This document shows, one piece after another, positions 20,063 to 29,899 of a DNA stretch of 64,000 nucleotides (position 1 is its first letter; the number at the start of each line of letters is the position of its first letter). A model generated the notes under the pieces. It did not search any database. It had not been told where the DNA came from and worked only from the letters and a program-made list of their open reading frames with translations. Origin of the DNA: a bacterium (GTDB lineage: Bacteria; JAAXHH01). Position numbers and translations under genes: made by a program. The stretch lies in the NCBI GenBank assembly GCA_965248395.1, contig OZ252103.1:233396-297395 (forward strand). The letters are read 5' to 3'.

Positions 20063-21370
20063 ATGACCAGCGACACAAGGAACTGCACGTACGCGCTGAT
20101 CGCGGACCGGCTATGGGACGGCGTATCCGACGGGACGCAATCCGCGGTGGCCGTGGTCGTAAAAGAACGCCTCATCGACGCGGTACTTCCAGTGTCCGAG
20201 GTCCCTGCGGGCATGGAAGCCTTACCGTTGCCCGATTGCACGCTCTTGCCCGGCCTGATGGACGCCCATGTCCACTACAGTTCCGTGATGGGACCGGCTT
20301 TCCTGGCCGCCGGCGTAACCACGATCCGTGACGTGGGCAACGACCTGCAGTGGATCCTCGGCGAGCGCGACCGCCACGCGGGAGACCTGTCCGCGGGTCC
20401 CGCCATCCTCTGCTGCGGACACCTGCACGACGGACCAGGGGTCTACTGGCCCCACATGGGCCGCGCCCACGGCAGACCCGGAGAGATCGCCGCTTCAATC
20501 CACAGACACGTGGAAGCGGGAGTGGACGCGATCAAGCTTTATGCGGGACTGGATCCCCCACTTCTGAAGGCGGCTATTGACGCCGCTCATGAATCGGGTA
20601 AATTCGTGGTTGCCCATCTGCATGCGACGTCCGCCGAAGATGCCGTTCGGTACGGCCTGGATGAATTCGAGCACCTGGCCGGCTGTGGCGTGGCCTGGCG
20701 CGCGGCGTCCCAGGTGGAAGACGATCTCATGATCGATCAGCTTTTGGAAAGCGACGTGATCATCGACCCGACCCTGGTGGTCTGGGACCGGCTGGGACGC
20801 ATCCTGGACCGGCCTTTCCACCACGACGCCCGGAGGATCTGGGTCCACCCCCGCCATCTCGACATATGGCAACGGTACCCCAGTCGTTTCGGACCGGCGG
20901 AAGACCGGTGGCGCTATCAGGGCGCCATGGTGCACTTGAAGCGTTTCCTGCGCAGGGCCCATCAGCGGGGAGTTACCGTCGCGCTGGGCACCGATACGCC
21001 CTTCCCCCACCTCGTGCCGGGGATGAGCGTGCACGACGAACTCGCCATGTACGTAGACGCCGGCATCCCGGCCGTGGATGCGCTCCGGTCGGCCACTTCG
21101 ATTAACGCCAGGGTGCTGGGCATTGAAGACAAGACCGGTTCAATCAGGCCGGGGCTGCAGGCTGATCTCGTGGCGGTCCGGGGGAATCCCCTCGAACGAA
21201 TCGAAGATATTGGCAACGTGGCCTGCACGACCCGCGAAGGACGGCGTTTCGAACCGCCGGGTCTGCTGCAGTCCGTGAAGGCGTTCTTCGACCGGGAACC
21301 TGACGGTGCGGTCACCCGGGACCTGCTGGATTACGTCGACGGTAAACGGGTGAATCGACCTACCTCATGA
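20063..21370 (+). CDS. amidohydrolase family metal-dependent hydrolase
   Basis: PGLMDAHVHY (the HxH metal motif), HLHATS and ALGTDTPF match the TIM-barrel amidohydrolase pattern. Confidence 0.7.
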   Translation: MTSDTRNCTYALIADRLWDGVSDGTQSAVAVVVKERLIDAVLPVSEVPAGMEALPLPDCTLLPGLMDAHVHYSSVMGPAFLAAGVTTIRDVGNDLQWILGERDRHAGDLSAGPAILCCGHLHDGPGVYWPHMGRAHGRPGEIAASIHRHVEAGVDAIKLYAGLDPPLLKAAIDAAHESGKFVVAHLHATSAEDAVRYGLDEFEHLAGCGVAWRAASQVEDDLMIDQLLESDVIIDPTLVVWDRLGRILDRPFHHDARRIWVHPRHLDIWQRYPSRFGPAEDRWRYQGAMVHLKRFLRRAHQRGVTVALGTDTPFPHLVPGMSVHDELAMYVDAGIPAVDALRSATSINARVLGIEDKTGSIRPGLQADLVAVRGNPLERIEDIGNVACTTREGRRFEPPGLLQSVKAFFDREPDGAVTRDLLDYVDGKRVNRPTS

Positions 21371-21570
21371 AACGCATGATCAAGGATCTCCTGTTCAGCC
21401 TCGTGATAACCTCCTTCACGGCGGGAATTCCCGCGGTAGGCGCCAGTACGCTGCTGGCCATGACCGGTTTGATCGAGGACGACCGGGTGCTGATCTGGAT
21501 ATTCCTGGCCCTCGCGATACCCCTGTTCATTTTCACGTACACGCGTGTAGCACGAAACCCGCGCGACTGA
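21367..21570 (+). CDS. small hypothetical membrane protein (2 TM)
   Basis: 67-aa ORF with two hydrophobic helices. Its ATG overlaps the amidohydrolase stop (ATGA). Confidence 0.35.
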   Translation: MKRMIKDLLFSLVITSFTAGIPAVGASTLLAMTGLIEDDRVLIWIFLALAIPLFIFTYTRVARNPRD

Positions 21571-21712
21571 ATGTGGATGAGCGCGATTGAGTGAAATTCG
21601 GGCGACCGGGGTGACCGAGCGCGACTAAGCGCACATGATCACGACCAAGGTGACTGAGCGCAACCGAGGTGGACGTAACTTTAAAGACCTCCATCACTGG
21701 GAGGATGGAAAC

Positions 21713-22252
21713 ATGGCACAGCAGACGCAGACGGCAACGCTGGGCGGGGGTTGCTTCTGGTGTCTCGAGGCGATCTACCAGCAGATAAGAGGCGTATCGA
21801 GCGTGCTGTCCGGCTACGCCGGCGGCAGTGTCGAAAACCCGGACTACAAGTCCGTTTGCACCGGCGCGACCGGCCATGCGGAGGTAGTGAGCATCACCTT
21901 CGATCCGGCTGTGATCACCTACGCGGTTCTCCTGCATATCTTCTGGCGTATTCATGATCCGACCACGCCGAACCGCCAGGGCGCGGACGTCGGCACCCAG
22001 TACCGTTCGATCATTCTGTACCACGACGATGAACAGCAACGCGCGGCCGAGTATTCCAAGACGGAAACGGATGCCTCGGACCTGTGGAGCGGCGCGATCG
22101 TCACGGAAATCGAACCTCTCCGGGACTTTTTTGCGGCTGAAGACTACCACCACGACTACTATCGCAACAATCCCAACCAACCCTACTGTTTCATGGTCAT
22201 CGACCCGAAAGTGAACAAGTTCAGAAAGTCCTTTCAGCACATGATGTCGTGA
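21713..22252 (+). CDS. msrA: peptide methionine sulfoxide reductase MsrA
   Basis: GGGCFWC is the active-site motif, and HDPTTPNRQGADVGTQYRS is the conserved MsrA core. Confidence 0.9.
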   Translation: MAQQTQTATLGGGCFWCLEAIYQQIRGVSSVLSGYAGGSVENPDYKSVCTGATGHAEVVSITFDPAVITYAVLLHIFWRIHDPTTPNRQGADVGTQYRSIILYHDDEQQRAAEYSKTETDASDLWSGAIVTEIEPLRDFFAAEDYHHDYYRNNPNQPYCFMVIDPKVNKFRKSFQHMMS

Positions 22253-23748
22253 TCCGCAGTCGCTGGAGAACCGAATCCGTGCGCGTGGGCATCCTCTCGC
22301 TGATCCACGAATCCAATACCTTTATCCACACGCCGACGACCCTGGACCTTTTCCAGCGCGACGGGCTCCTTACGGGCGAAGCCGTAGCCGACCACTTCAG
22401 GGGCGGATTCCACGAAATCAGCGGCTTCCTGGAGGGCCTGGACGACGCACGCATCGACGCCGTGCCGCTGTTCTACGCCTCGACCTCCCCGTCCGGCCGG
22501 ATCACGCGGGATACCTGCGACGCGCTGATCGACCTGATGTTCGAGCAACTCACGGGCGCGGGTCGGCTGGACGGCCTGCTGGTCGCTCCCCACGGCGCCA
22601 ACGCCGGCGAGGGGGCGGACTACCACGACCTGGATGGATTCTGGTTGTCCCGGTTGCGGAGTGAAGTCGGACCGGACCTCCCGATCATCTGTACCATAGA
22701 TCCCCACGCCAATCTCTCCCGCCGCATGATCTCCGCCTGCGACGCCACCATCGCCTACCGCACCAATCCGCACCTGGACCAGAAGCAGCGAGGCCTGGAA
22801 GCCATGTCGCTGATGGCCCGGACGCTGCGCGGGGAAGTCCGCCCCGTGCAAGCGGCGTCCTTCCCTGCGGTGGCCATCGGCATCGAGCGCCAACACACGT
22901 CCTCGCCGCCCTGCCTGCCCCTTTACGAACAGGCGGACGCCTGGCTGGAGGAAACAGGCGTCCTGTCCGACAGCATCGTCCTGGGATTTCCTTACGCGGA
23001 CGTGCAGGAGATGGGTTCGGCCTTCATCGCCGTGACCGATGGCGACCTGGAACTGGCCCAACGTATCGCGGACTCCCTCGCCGCCTACCTGGAGGAGCAC
23101 CGTGATGAATTCGTCGGTGAGTTCGTCTCCATTCCCGACGCCGTCGACGCCGCACTAGAGAGCAAGGGACCCGTGTGCCTGCTCGACATGGGGGACAACG
23201 TGGGCGGAGGATCGGCCGCGGACGGCACGCTCATCGCCCACGAACTGCTGGATCGCGGAGGTGCGAATACCTTCCTATGCCTGTACGACCCCGACTCCGT
23301 TGAACAGGCCGTCGCCGCGGGGATCGGCGGGCGGCTCACGCTGAGCATGGGAGGCAAGACGGACGACCGGCACGGTCCGCCCATCCGGACCGAGGTGCGC
23401 GTGCTCGGCATCCACGAGGGGCGTTTCACCGAGTCTGCCGTGCGCCACGGCGGCAGAACGGCCTTCAACATGGGCCGGACGGCGGTCGTGACCACGGACA
23501 ACGGTCTGACGGTCAGCCTTACTTCGCTGCGGACCGTGCCGGTGAGCCTGGGCGTGATGACCAGCATCGGCCTGGACCCGGCCGATTTCCAGGTCCTGAT
23601 CGCCAAGGGCGTCCACGCGCCCACGGCGGCCTACGCTCCCGTGAGCAAGCGCCTGATTCGTGTGGACACGCCCGGCGCCACGACGGCGGACATGCGCAGA
23701 TTTACGTACCGGTACAGGCGGCGGCCGCTCTATCCTTTCGAAGGATGA
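22249..23748 (+). CDS. MlrC-family (M81) metallopeptidase-like protein
   Basis: VGILSLIHESNTF at the N-terminus (DUF1485-like) plus a DUF1446-like C-terminal half. The GTG start overlaps the msrA stop. Confidence 0.7.
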   Translation: MIRSRWRTESVRVGILSLIHESNTFIHTPTTLDLFQRDGLLTGEAVADHFRGGFHEISGFLEGLDDARIDAVPLFYASTSPSGRITRDTCDALIDLMFEQLTGAGRLDGLLVAPHGANAGEGADYHDLDGFWLSRLRSEVGPDLPIICTIDPHANLSRRMISACDATIAYRTNPHLDQKQRGLEAMSLMARTLRGEVRPVQAASFPAVAIGIERQHTSSPPCLPLYEQADAWLEETGVLSDSIVLGFPYADVQEMGSAFIAVTDGDLELAQRIADSLAAYLEEHRDEFVGEFVSIPDAVDAALESKGPVCLLDMGDNVGGGSAADGTLIAHELLDRGGANTFLCLYDPDSVEQAVAAGIGGRLTLSMGGKTDDRHGPPIRTEVRVLGIHEGRFTESAVRHGGRTAFNMGRTAVVTTDNGLTVSLTSLRTVPVSLGVMTSIGLDPADFQVLIAKGVHAPTAAYAPVSKRLIRVDTPGATTADMRRFTYRYRRRPLYPFEG

Positions 23749-23824
23749 TGCATCTGGCCATCGAGGAAATCCGCGGAACGATTTCGCCGCAGTTCCGCAT
23801 TACACGAAAGCCCGACCGTATGCC

Positions 23825-23853
23825 TTGACAGGAATCGGCGGGCCCATTATGGT
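23825..23853 (+). promoter_or_regulatory. sigma70-like promoter (TTGACA-17-TATGGT) upstream of a PhyH gene
   Basis: TTGACA at 23825-23830, a 17-nt spacer, then TATGGT at 23848-23853. The predicted transcript start is downstream of the first in-frame ATG, so the CDS start is placed at GTG 23960 (a GGAGA Shine-Dalgarno sits 5 nt upstream). Confidence 0.35.
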
Positions 23854-23959
23854 TTTCCGAGAACGTCCGAACCACCCGGTCCGGTCTGCAAGTGACCATC
23901 CGGACCTATTAATTAGAAGACCCGCACAGATAAACACCCAGAGACGAACACGGAGACGC

Positions 23960-24712
23960 GTGGTGGAAGATCTAAACGAAAAACTCGATCAACTGGAACG
24001 GGACGGTTTTGTGCTCCTCAAAGGCGCCCTGTCCCCGGAGGAGACGGAACAGGTCCGGTCCTGCATTTTCCACGCGAAGGAAAAGGGGTGGGAAGAAGGC
24101 CTGAACTCGGTCGGCAACATGTGGTTCGATACCCTGCTGGACCGGGAACCCGATGTCTTCAGTCCCCTCGTGGGCCATCCTAGCGTGGCGCCCCTGCTCT
24201 ACGCCATGATGGGCAAGCAGTGCCAGCTGCGCAGTTTCCGGGCCCACATCAATCCCAAAGCCTATGTCCAGGAATGGCACATGGACTTCTACGGATATTG
24301 GAACGAAAAGCGGGAAACGAAAAAACGCAGGCTGGCGGTCCAGCCCAGCAGCATGAACACGACCTTCTACTTCCAGGACAACGTCCCCGGACAGGGCCAT
24401 CTCAGGTTCGTCAAGAACGGCCACCTGGCGGAACCGCCCCATCTTTATCCCCGGATCGACCACGTCGCGTTCGAAAAGTGGTGTTATGCGCAGGAACACG
24501 TCGTGCTTCATCCCATGGCGGGCGACGCCGTAGTCTTCCTGAGCCACATCCCGCACCAGGGCGCCAAGGAGGATGACGGCATGGAACGCTGCAACGTGGT
24601 CTGTCACTACCAGACCTGTCCCATGTACGAGGGCGTCTGGTACGTTTCCAGTCCTCGCCCCTTCAAGGGTTCCTTTCCCTTTCACAAGACGGCGCCCGCA
24701 GGGATGAACTAA
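23960..24712 (+). CDS. phytanoyl-CoA dioxygenase (PhyH) family Fe(II)/2OG oxygenase
   Basis: LERDGFVLLKGAL at the N-terminus, HxD (WHMDF) and a distal His (SHIPHQG), as in the PhyH family. Confidence 0.7.
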   Translation: MVEDLNEKLDQLERDGFVLLKGALSPEETEQVRSCIFHAKEKGWEEGLNSVGNMWFDTLLDREPDVFSPLVGHPSVAPLLYAMMGKQCQLRSFRAHINPKAYVQEWHMDFYGYWNEKRETKKRRLAVQPSSMNTTFYFQDNVPGQGHLRFVKNGHLAEPPHLYPRIDHVAFEKWCYAQEHVVLHPMAGDAVVFLSHIPHQGAKEDDGMERCNVVCHYQTCPMYEGVWYVSSPRPFKGSFPFHKTAPAGMN

Positions 24713-24754
24713 GCCGGAAAAATCCTGGAGCGAAACCCGTCCTTCACCTCACCC

Positions 24755-25498
24755 ATGACCAGGACATCGCATTTCTATAGAACCGGCCTGGTGGGCAGAA
24801 TCGCCTGGTTCATCCGCCGGTTTGGCGCGAAGGAAATGGTGATGAAGCCCTTGCGCCGGGTCCTGGCGCCGCTTGTTATCCCCCGCCTGAAGGCATCTTC
24901 CTTTGAATACCAGGGTCGGGCACTGCCGCTGACCTATCACCGGCACAATGTCACCTGGGCGAACGAACGGGCGGTGGAAGTTACGATCGCCCGGGAATAC
25001 CGGGACCGGTACGCCGGAAAGTGCGTCCTGGAAATAGGCAATGTCACATCCCACTACTTCGATGTGCGGCATTTGATCCTCGACAAGTACGAAAAAGGGA
25101 CGGATTCGGTCCCGGTGATCAACCAGGATGTTGTCGACTTCGCAACCGACAGGCGATTTGACCTGATCCTCTCTGTCTCGACGGTCGAGCACATAGGCTT
25201 TGATGACGATGGCGACAGCCGGCAGAAGATTCCTCTGACTATTTCAAAATGCCGAAACATGCTGCAACCCGGCGGGATATTCCTCATCACGGTACCGTTG
25301 GGCTACAACCCGGTGCTGGACGATCTAATAGCTGCCGATGAGCTGGGTTGTGAACGGGCGACCTATATCAGGCGGGACGCCCGGCGCAAGTGGGCGCGAT
25401 GCGGGAAGGAAGACGCGCTTCGCTGCGAGTATGGAAGGCCGTTCCCCTACGCCAACTGCATCATGGCGGCTGAATTCGATGGACCCGCCGCAAGATGA
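24755..25498 (+). CDS. hypothetical protein with a class I SAM-methyltransferase-like fold (degenerate motif I)
   Basis: VLEIGNVTSHYFD resembles motif I, and FDLILSVSTVEHIGFD resembles motif II-III of Rossmann methyltransferases. Confidence 0.4.
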   Translation: MTRTSHFYRTGLVGRIAWFIRRFGAKEMVMKPLRRVLAPLVIPRLKASSFEYQGRALPLTYHRHNVTWANERAVEVTIAREYRDRYAGKCVLEIGNVTSHYFDVRHLILDKYEKGTDSVPVINQDVVDFATDRRFDLILSVSTVEHIGFDDDGDSRQKIPLTISKCRNMLQPGGIFLITVPLGYNPVLDDLIAADELGCERATYIRRDARRKWARCGKEDALRCEYGRPFPYANCIMAAEFDGPAAR

Positions 25499-25558
25499 GT
25501 CCCAACCCCTGTCATTTCCCGGTCGAGGTATGCCTTCCGGCCACACTTACGAAATCCG

Positions 25559-25587
25559 TTGACATGGTGAAAGCCGGCCGTTAGTAT
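25559..25587 (+). promoter_or_regulatory. sigma70-like promoter (TTGACA-17-TAGTAT) upstream of HU/IHF
   Basis: TTGACA at 25559-25564, a 17-nt spacer, then TAGTAT at 25582-25587. Confidence 0.35.
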
Positions 25588-25696
25588 ACCTTGCGGCGTT
25601 GTTAAGTTAAGAGACTGCATAGGGATAGCGTCCAGTTTCACCGGTGGATACCGTTGCCGGGAGGAGGCCCTTCATGACCACCACAAGAAGGAACTG

Positions 25697-25969
25697 GTGG
25701 AACAGATCAGCAAGCGCCTGGGGTTGAAGAAAGAACAGGTGTTTCCCGTGGTCGACCAGACGTTTGTGGCCATGCGGGATTCGCTGGTCCAGGGTGATCG
25801 AATCGAAATCCGTGGTTTCGGCGTTTTCGAGGTCAAGGACACGAAGGCCCGTACTTCCGCGCGCAATCCCCGTACGAGTGATATCGTTTACGTCCCGGCT
25901 GGTAAAAAGACCCGTTTCAAACCCGGAAAACTGTTGAAAGAAGCCCTTCGGGTCCCTCTTGATGAGTGA
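25697..25969 (+). CDS. HU/IHF family DNA-binding protein (start ambiguous)
   Basis: VEQISKRLGLKKEQV...GFGVFEVKDTKARTSARNPRTSDIVYVPAGKKTRFKPG is the HU arm. The GTG start is as in the track; see the frameshift note in the findings. Confidence 0.8.
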   Translation: MEQISKRLGLKKEQVFPVVDQTFVAMRDSLVQGDRIEIRGFGVFEVKDTKARTSARNPRTSDIVYVPAGKKTRFKPGKLLKEALRVPLDE

Positions 25970-26798
25970 AACAAAGGCGGATCACAAAACTCCCGCCGTT
26001 CTGCCGAAACTTGCAGCTTTCGTGCGACTGAATTTGTTCAGGTGGTTGATGTGCCTGTGTCCCTTCCAGGTCGCCGATCAAGACACGACCGTACATACGG
26101 CCCCGCCGCAGATCCCCTTCATATCGCTTGGCGAAGCCATCGCTTTCTACGAGGCCGGTCAGAACGATCAGGCCCGCGACGCCTTCCTGCGTATACTGGA
26201 CGACCAGCCCATGGAGCCGACAGTCCTCTACCACCTGGGGCGCCTGGATCCGGACCGGGAAACCGCGGAACAGTACTTCCTGCAGGTCCTGTTCCACGAA
26301 CCGGATCACGTACTGGCGGACGACGCACTGCTCGAGGTGTCCCGCATCCAGTTCGACCTCGAAAGACACGACGAAGCGGTGAACGCCTGCAACCGGCTCC
26401 TGAAAGTTTACCCGGATTCGGACCTGAAGGATGAAACGCGCTTTCTTTTGGGCCGTGCGCTCCTTGCCGGACGTCGGCCGGCTCTGTCCCGCATGGTTTT
26501 CCAGCAACTGCTCTCGTCTGCGCCCGATTCGACGCGCGTGCGTTCGGCGCGCCTGGCCATTGCGGACAGTTACCGTGACCAGGAAGACTTTATCGAAGCC
26601 GCCCGGCAGTACCTGAAGTTCGAGGCCGATTTCCCCGGTGCCGACGGCCTGGAGAAGGTGCTGTGGCAGGCCGGGCAGTGCCTGGTGGACGCAGGACGCA
26701 CGGTCGAAGCCGGTTACGTGTACCAGCGCTTGATCAAGCGGTATCCCGACACGCCCGAGGCGAGACGCGCCCGGGTGGAAAGACCTCTGCCTGAGTAG
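25959..26798 (+). CDS. TPR repeat protein
   Basis: Several TPR-like helical hairpins (AIAFYEAGQNDQARDAFLRIL... RQYLKFEADFP...). Its start overlaps the HU gene end by 11 nt. Confidence 0.6.
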   Translation: MMSETKADHKTPAVLPKLAAFVRLNLFRWLMCLCPFQVADQDTTVHTAPPQIPFISLGEAIAFYEAGQNDQARDAFLRILDDQPMEPTVLYHLGRLDPDRETAEQYFLQVLFHEPDHVLADDALLEVSRIQFDLERHDEAVNACNRLLKVYPDSDLKDETRFLLGRALLAGRRPALSRMVFQQLLSSAPDSTRVRSARLAIADSYRDQEDFIEAARQYLKFEADFPGADGLEKVLWQAGQCLVDAGRTVEAGYVYQRLIKRYPDTPEARRARVERPLPE

Positions 26799-26812
26799 CG
26801 GCGCGGCTGGTT

Positions 26813-29386
26813 CTACTGTGCTGGTTTGAAGTACACGGAATGGTCCGGCGCAATGATGATGCGTTTAACTTCGTCCGGCACGGGATATTCGAAGGTCTGG
26901 CGTCTTTGCGTATTCCTGACGACCCTGGTAATCCGATCGCCGTTTTCCAACTCGATGACCAGGGGCACGACCGCGCGGAAGACCCGGCCTTCCTGTTCCT
27001 GCAGAAGCTGTCCACGTAACGTGAACCCCGGCCCCGGCCCCTCGCTGCTGGTGTGATACACCCGGTAGACCGGATAGCCCGTGTCCCGGATCCACTGGTC
27101 GAAGAACCAGTCCATTTCCTGTCCCGTTACCGCCTCCACCATTTCCTCGAAGTCGTTCGTGGTCACCAGCTTCCCCGCGTTGTCCCGGTAGAAGCGGGAC
27201 AGCACGGCCATGAAGTGCTCATCGCCTATGGTGCGCCGCAGCATGTGAAGCACCAAGGCGCCCTTCTCGTAGACGATGGCCTGGTAATGTTCCCGAAGCC
27301 GCCTTCCCAGGTCGACAGCGCCGTGCCGGTCGACGTGCAGCGACTGCGTGGTGTGTCTTTTGAGCATATCGAGGAAACCGTCCGGACCGATTTCACGCTC
27401 GATGTACATGTCCGCCGCATACGTCGCCATGGCCTCAGAAAGCCAGGCGTCGCGGTAGGTCTTCGGTATCACGGCGGCGCCCCACCACTGGTGGGCCAGT
27501 TCGTGGGCCAGGAAGCTGCGGAAGATATGCTGCACTTCCGTGTACATGTGGGCATGCAGATTCATGTCCAGGCGAATGGCATCCTGGAAATACAGGCCCC
27601 ACAGCATCAGCATCGATGGCAGTGCCCGGCCGAATACGTAGTCGTCCGGCATCTGGACGACGTCGAGTTTCTCGTAGGGATAGGGACCGAAGATACCGCC
27701 GTAGAAGTCGAGCAAGGGCCCGGTGAAGCTGATGATGCGCTCTGCCCTGGCATTATCCGCGCCCGCGTCCTTATCCACGTTAAGCGACACGTCGACTCCG
27801 CCCACGGAAACCGTACGAGTGCGGTTTTCAGATAATGCCACGCCCACTGAAGATGCGGAACGAAGCCGCTGCCAGCGCGATACCTTCGTATCTTCCTCCT
27901 CGTACTCTTCCACTTCCGTGCCGGTGGTCACCGCGGTCATCTTCTCCGGGTAGCGCAGTTCCAGGTCGAAGGTGTACAAATCCTCGTCGGAATGCACGGG
28001 CAGCCACTGCTGGTTGTTCAGCAGGCCGAAGAAGGCGCCGTTACTCCGTTGAAAAACGTCTCCATCGTACCACAGGGTGAGCGTGGTGGTGGTGTCCTTC
28101 GGTACCGGACGGAGAAACGGAATGGTGAGATACGTTCCCTGTCTCGTAAAGAGGGCGCCCCCACCATCGGCATATTCCACGCGAAAGACGTTCAATTCGG
28201 GATTCAGCGTGAAAGTCGCGGCGGTAAGGGTGTCCGCTCTGGCCACGAGCTCCACGGTCGTCTTCATCCTGAGCCGTTTCCCATTCCTATCGAGCGCCCC
28301 CTGGATCCCAAAGTGTTTTACGGACAACAGCGGACCTCGGACCATCCCGTCCCCGGCTTTACGGCGGGGCTGTTCATCCGGGAAACGGCACCACGTTACG
28401 GGAGGACTGATATCCGGGTTCCTGGGAAAACCGCTCTTCTGCACCAGGCTGACCGCTTCTGATTCGTAGGGACTGTACGTGTAGACCAGCCATCGGTCCG
28501 AATCCGCGAGGTCGATTTCCGCCTGCAGGAACGCGGGATGCGAATGGGCCAGGGAGAAGCGTTCCCGGGCGGGCTCCATGTCCATCAGGTAGTCTCTGTC
28601 AACGCGCTTCAACAGGGCGTTCGCCCGGTTGAACGTCCGGCCGCCCTCAACGCGCGAGAGGTCGGCGCCCTCCACGAGCTTTTCATATCCTTCGGGGGAC
28701 AGGATCAATACCATCCGGTCAAACCGGATCGTGTACACCGCGCCGGTCGTACGGGCATACTTGTTCATCTGCTGGCGCTCGACCCGGTTGGGCGGCGTGA
28801 AGGTGAAACGGCCCTTTCCCGAAAGGACGACGCGGCCGATGCGGTCCCCGGAAAAACCGGGCATGAGCATGCCGTCCTCGATGTGGAATACACCGGCGGT
28901 ACTCTCGATCGTCAGGCGGTCGAAGGCGTAGACCTCGTCTTCGCGCAACGAAAACCGAAAGCCGAGCCGGGCTGCCAGTATCGAACGGTATCGAGCGGCT
29001 TTCCAGCCATCCCCGTCCGGGACGAAATGGACCTTCCACAGTTCGGCCGAAAGCCGGTCTTCCTCTTCGATGAAAACGCTGAGATGGACTTCAGGACGCG
29101 TGAGCAGGCTGTCCACCGCGTAGCGCTTCCTCAGCCTGATACGGGCTGCTTGGTACCGCTCGGCCAGGGATGGAGCGCCTTTGTCGAGGATCTCCTCCAG
29201 GGGGTTCTCGTCGACGTCCCGGTCATTCAGAAGCCGGTACAGTTCTACCAGGGCCCGTTCGATGGCCTCGGGTGAAGGCGACGCCGCACGGGCACCGTCG
29301 ATCGCAACTGGAAAAACGTGGGACAGAACGAAAAAAGAAGCGGAGAGTATTGCCAGTGCTGATGGTCGTGGAAGGGAGGCGATCAT
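26813..29386 (-). CDS. M1 family aminopeptidase (aminopeptidase N-like), secreted
   Basis: The gluzincin motif HELAHQWWG, a downstream E (LSEAMATY) and an N-terminal signal peptide. Confidence 0.85.
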   Translation of the reverse strand: MIASLPRPSALAILSASFFVLSHVFPVAIDGARAASPSPEAIERALVELYRLLNDRDVDENPLEEILDKGAPSLAERYQAARIRLRKRYAVDSLLTRPEVHLSVFIEEEDRLSAELWKVHFVPDGDGWKAARYRSILAARLGFRFSLREDEVYAFDRLTIESTAGVFHIEDGMLMPGFSGDRIGRVVLSGKGRFTFTPPNRVERQQMNKYARTTGAVYTIRFDRMVLILSPEGYEKLVEGADLSRVEGGRTFNRANALLKRVDRDYLMDMEPARERFSLAHSHPAFLQAEIDLADSDRWLVYTYSPYESEAVSLVQKSGFPRNPDISPPVTWCRFPDEQPRRKAGDGMVRGPLLSVKHFGIQGALDRNGKRLRMKTTVELVARADTLTAATFTLNPELNVFRVEYADGGGALFTRQGTYLTIPFLRPVPKDTTTTLTLWYDGDVFQRSNGAFFGLLNNQQWLPVHSDEDLYTFDLELRYPEKMTAVTTGTEVEEYEEEDTKVSRWQRLRSASSVGVALSENRTRTVSVGGVDVSLNVDKDAGADNARAERIISFTGPLLDFYGGIFGPYPYEKLDVVQMPDDYVFGRALPSMLMLWGLYFQDAIRLDMNLHAHMYTEVQHIFRSFLAHELAHQWWGAAVIPKTYRDAWLSEAMATYAADMYIEREIGPDGFLDMLKRHTTQSLHVDRHGAVDLGRRLREHYQAIVYEKGALVLHMLRRTIGDEHFMAVLSRFYRDNAGKLVTTNDFEEMVEAVTGQEMDWFFDQWIRDTGYPVYRVYHTSSEGPGPGFTLRGQLLQEQEGRVFRAVVPLVIELENGDRITRVVRNTQRRQTFEYPVPDEVKRIIIAPDHSVYFKPAQ

Positions 29387-29416
29387 GACCGATTCCTCAT
29401 GCGGAATGCATGATCC

Positions 29417-29770
29417 CTAGTCCATCATTTCCCGCATGTCGACCAGGCGGGTTCGGATCCATTGTAAGATTTCGGATTCGGTTGCGGTGCCGGGCAGGGC
29501 GGCCTTTTCCGCGCCGCGGTCCGAGGAGGATTCCTGGAGCTTCTTCCTGGCGCCGGCTATCGTGTATCCCTCGTCCCGGGTGAGCCGCTTGATCGTCCGG
29601 ATGAGCTCGATGTCCTTTTCCCGGTACATCCGCTTTCCGGCGCGGTTCCGCTTGATGCGAAGCTGGCTGAACTGATCTTCCCAGAACCGTAGTACCGACG
29701 GCTCCAGGTCCAGCATGGTCGAGACCTCGCTGCTGGAGTAGTACAGCTTGCCCATCGGTTCCCTGTTCAT
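29417..29770 (-). CDS. MerR family transcriptional regulator
   Basis: N-terminal HTH (YSSSEVSTMLDLEPSVLRFWEDQF) and a 117-aa MerR-like architecture. Confidence 0.7.
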   Translation of the reverse strand: MNREPMGKLYYSSSEVSTMLDLEPSVLRFWEDQFSQLRIKRNRAGKRMYREKDIELIRTIKRLTRDEGYTIAGARKKLQESSSDRGAEKAALPGTATESEILQWIRTRLVDMREMMD

Positions 29771-29899
29771 AGGCGACCACTCCTGTGGATACCGTTTCTT
29801 CCTCGCGCGACTTCCTCGCGCGTATTGGCCGGGCTCTTTCGTGACGTCCCCTCTCTTTGCCGGTCGGACTATCGGCGGTTCCCGGCCGGAGGAACGCGG

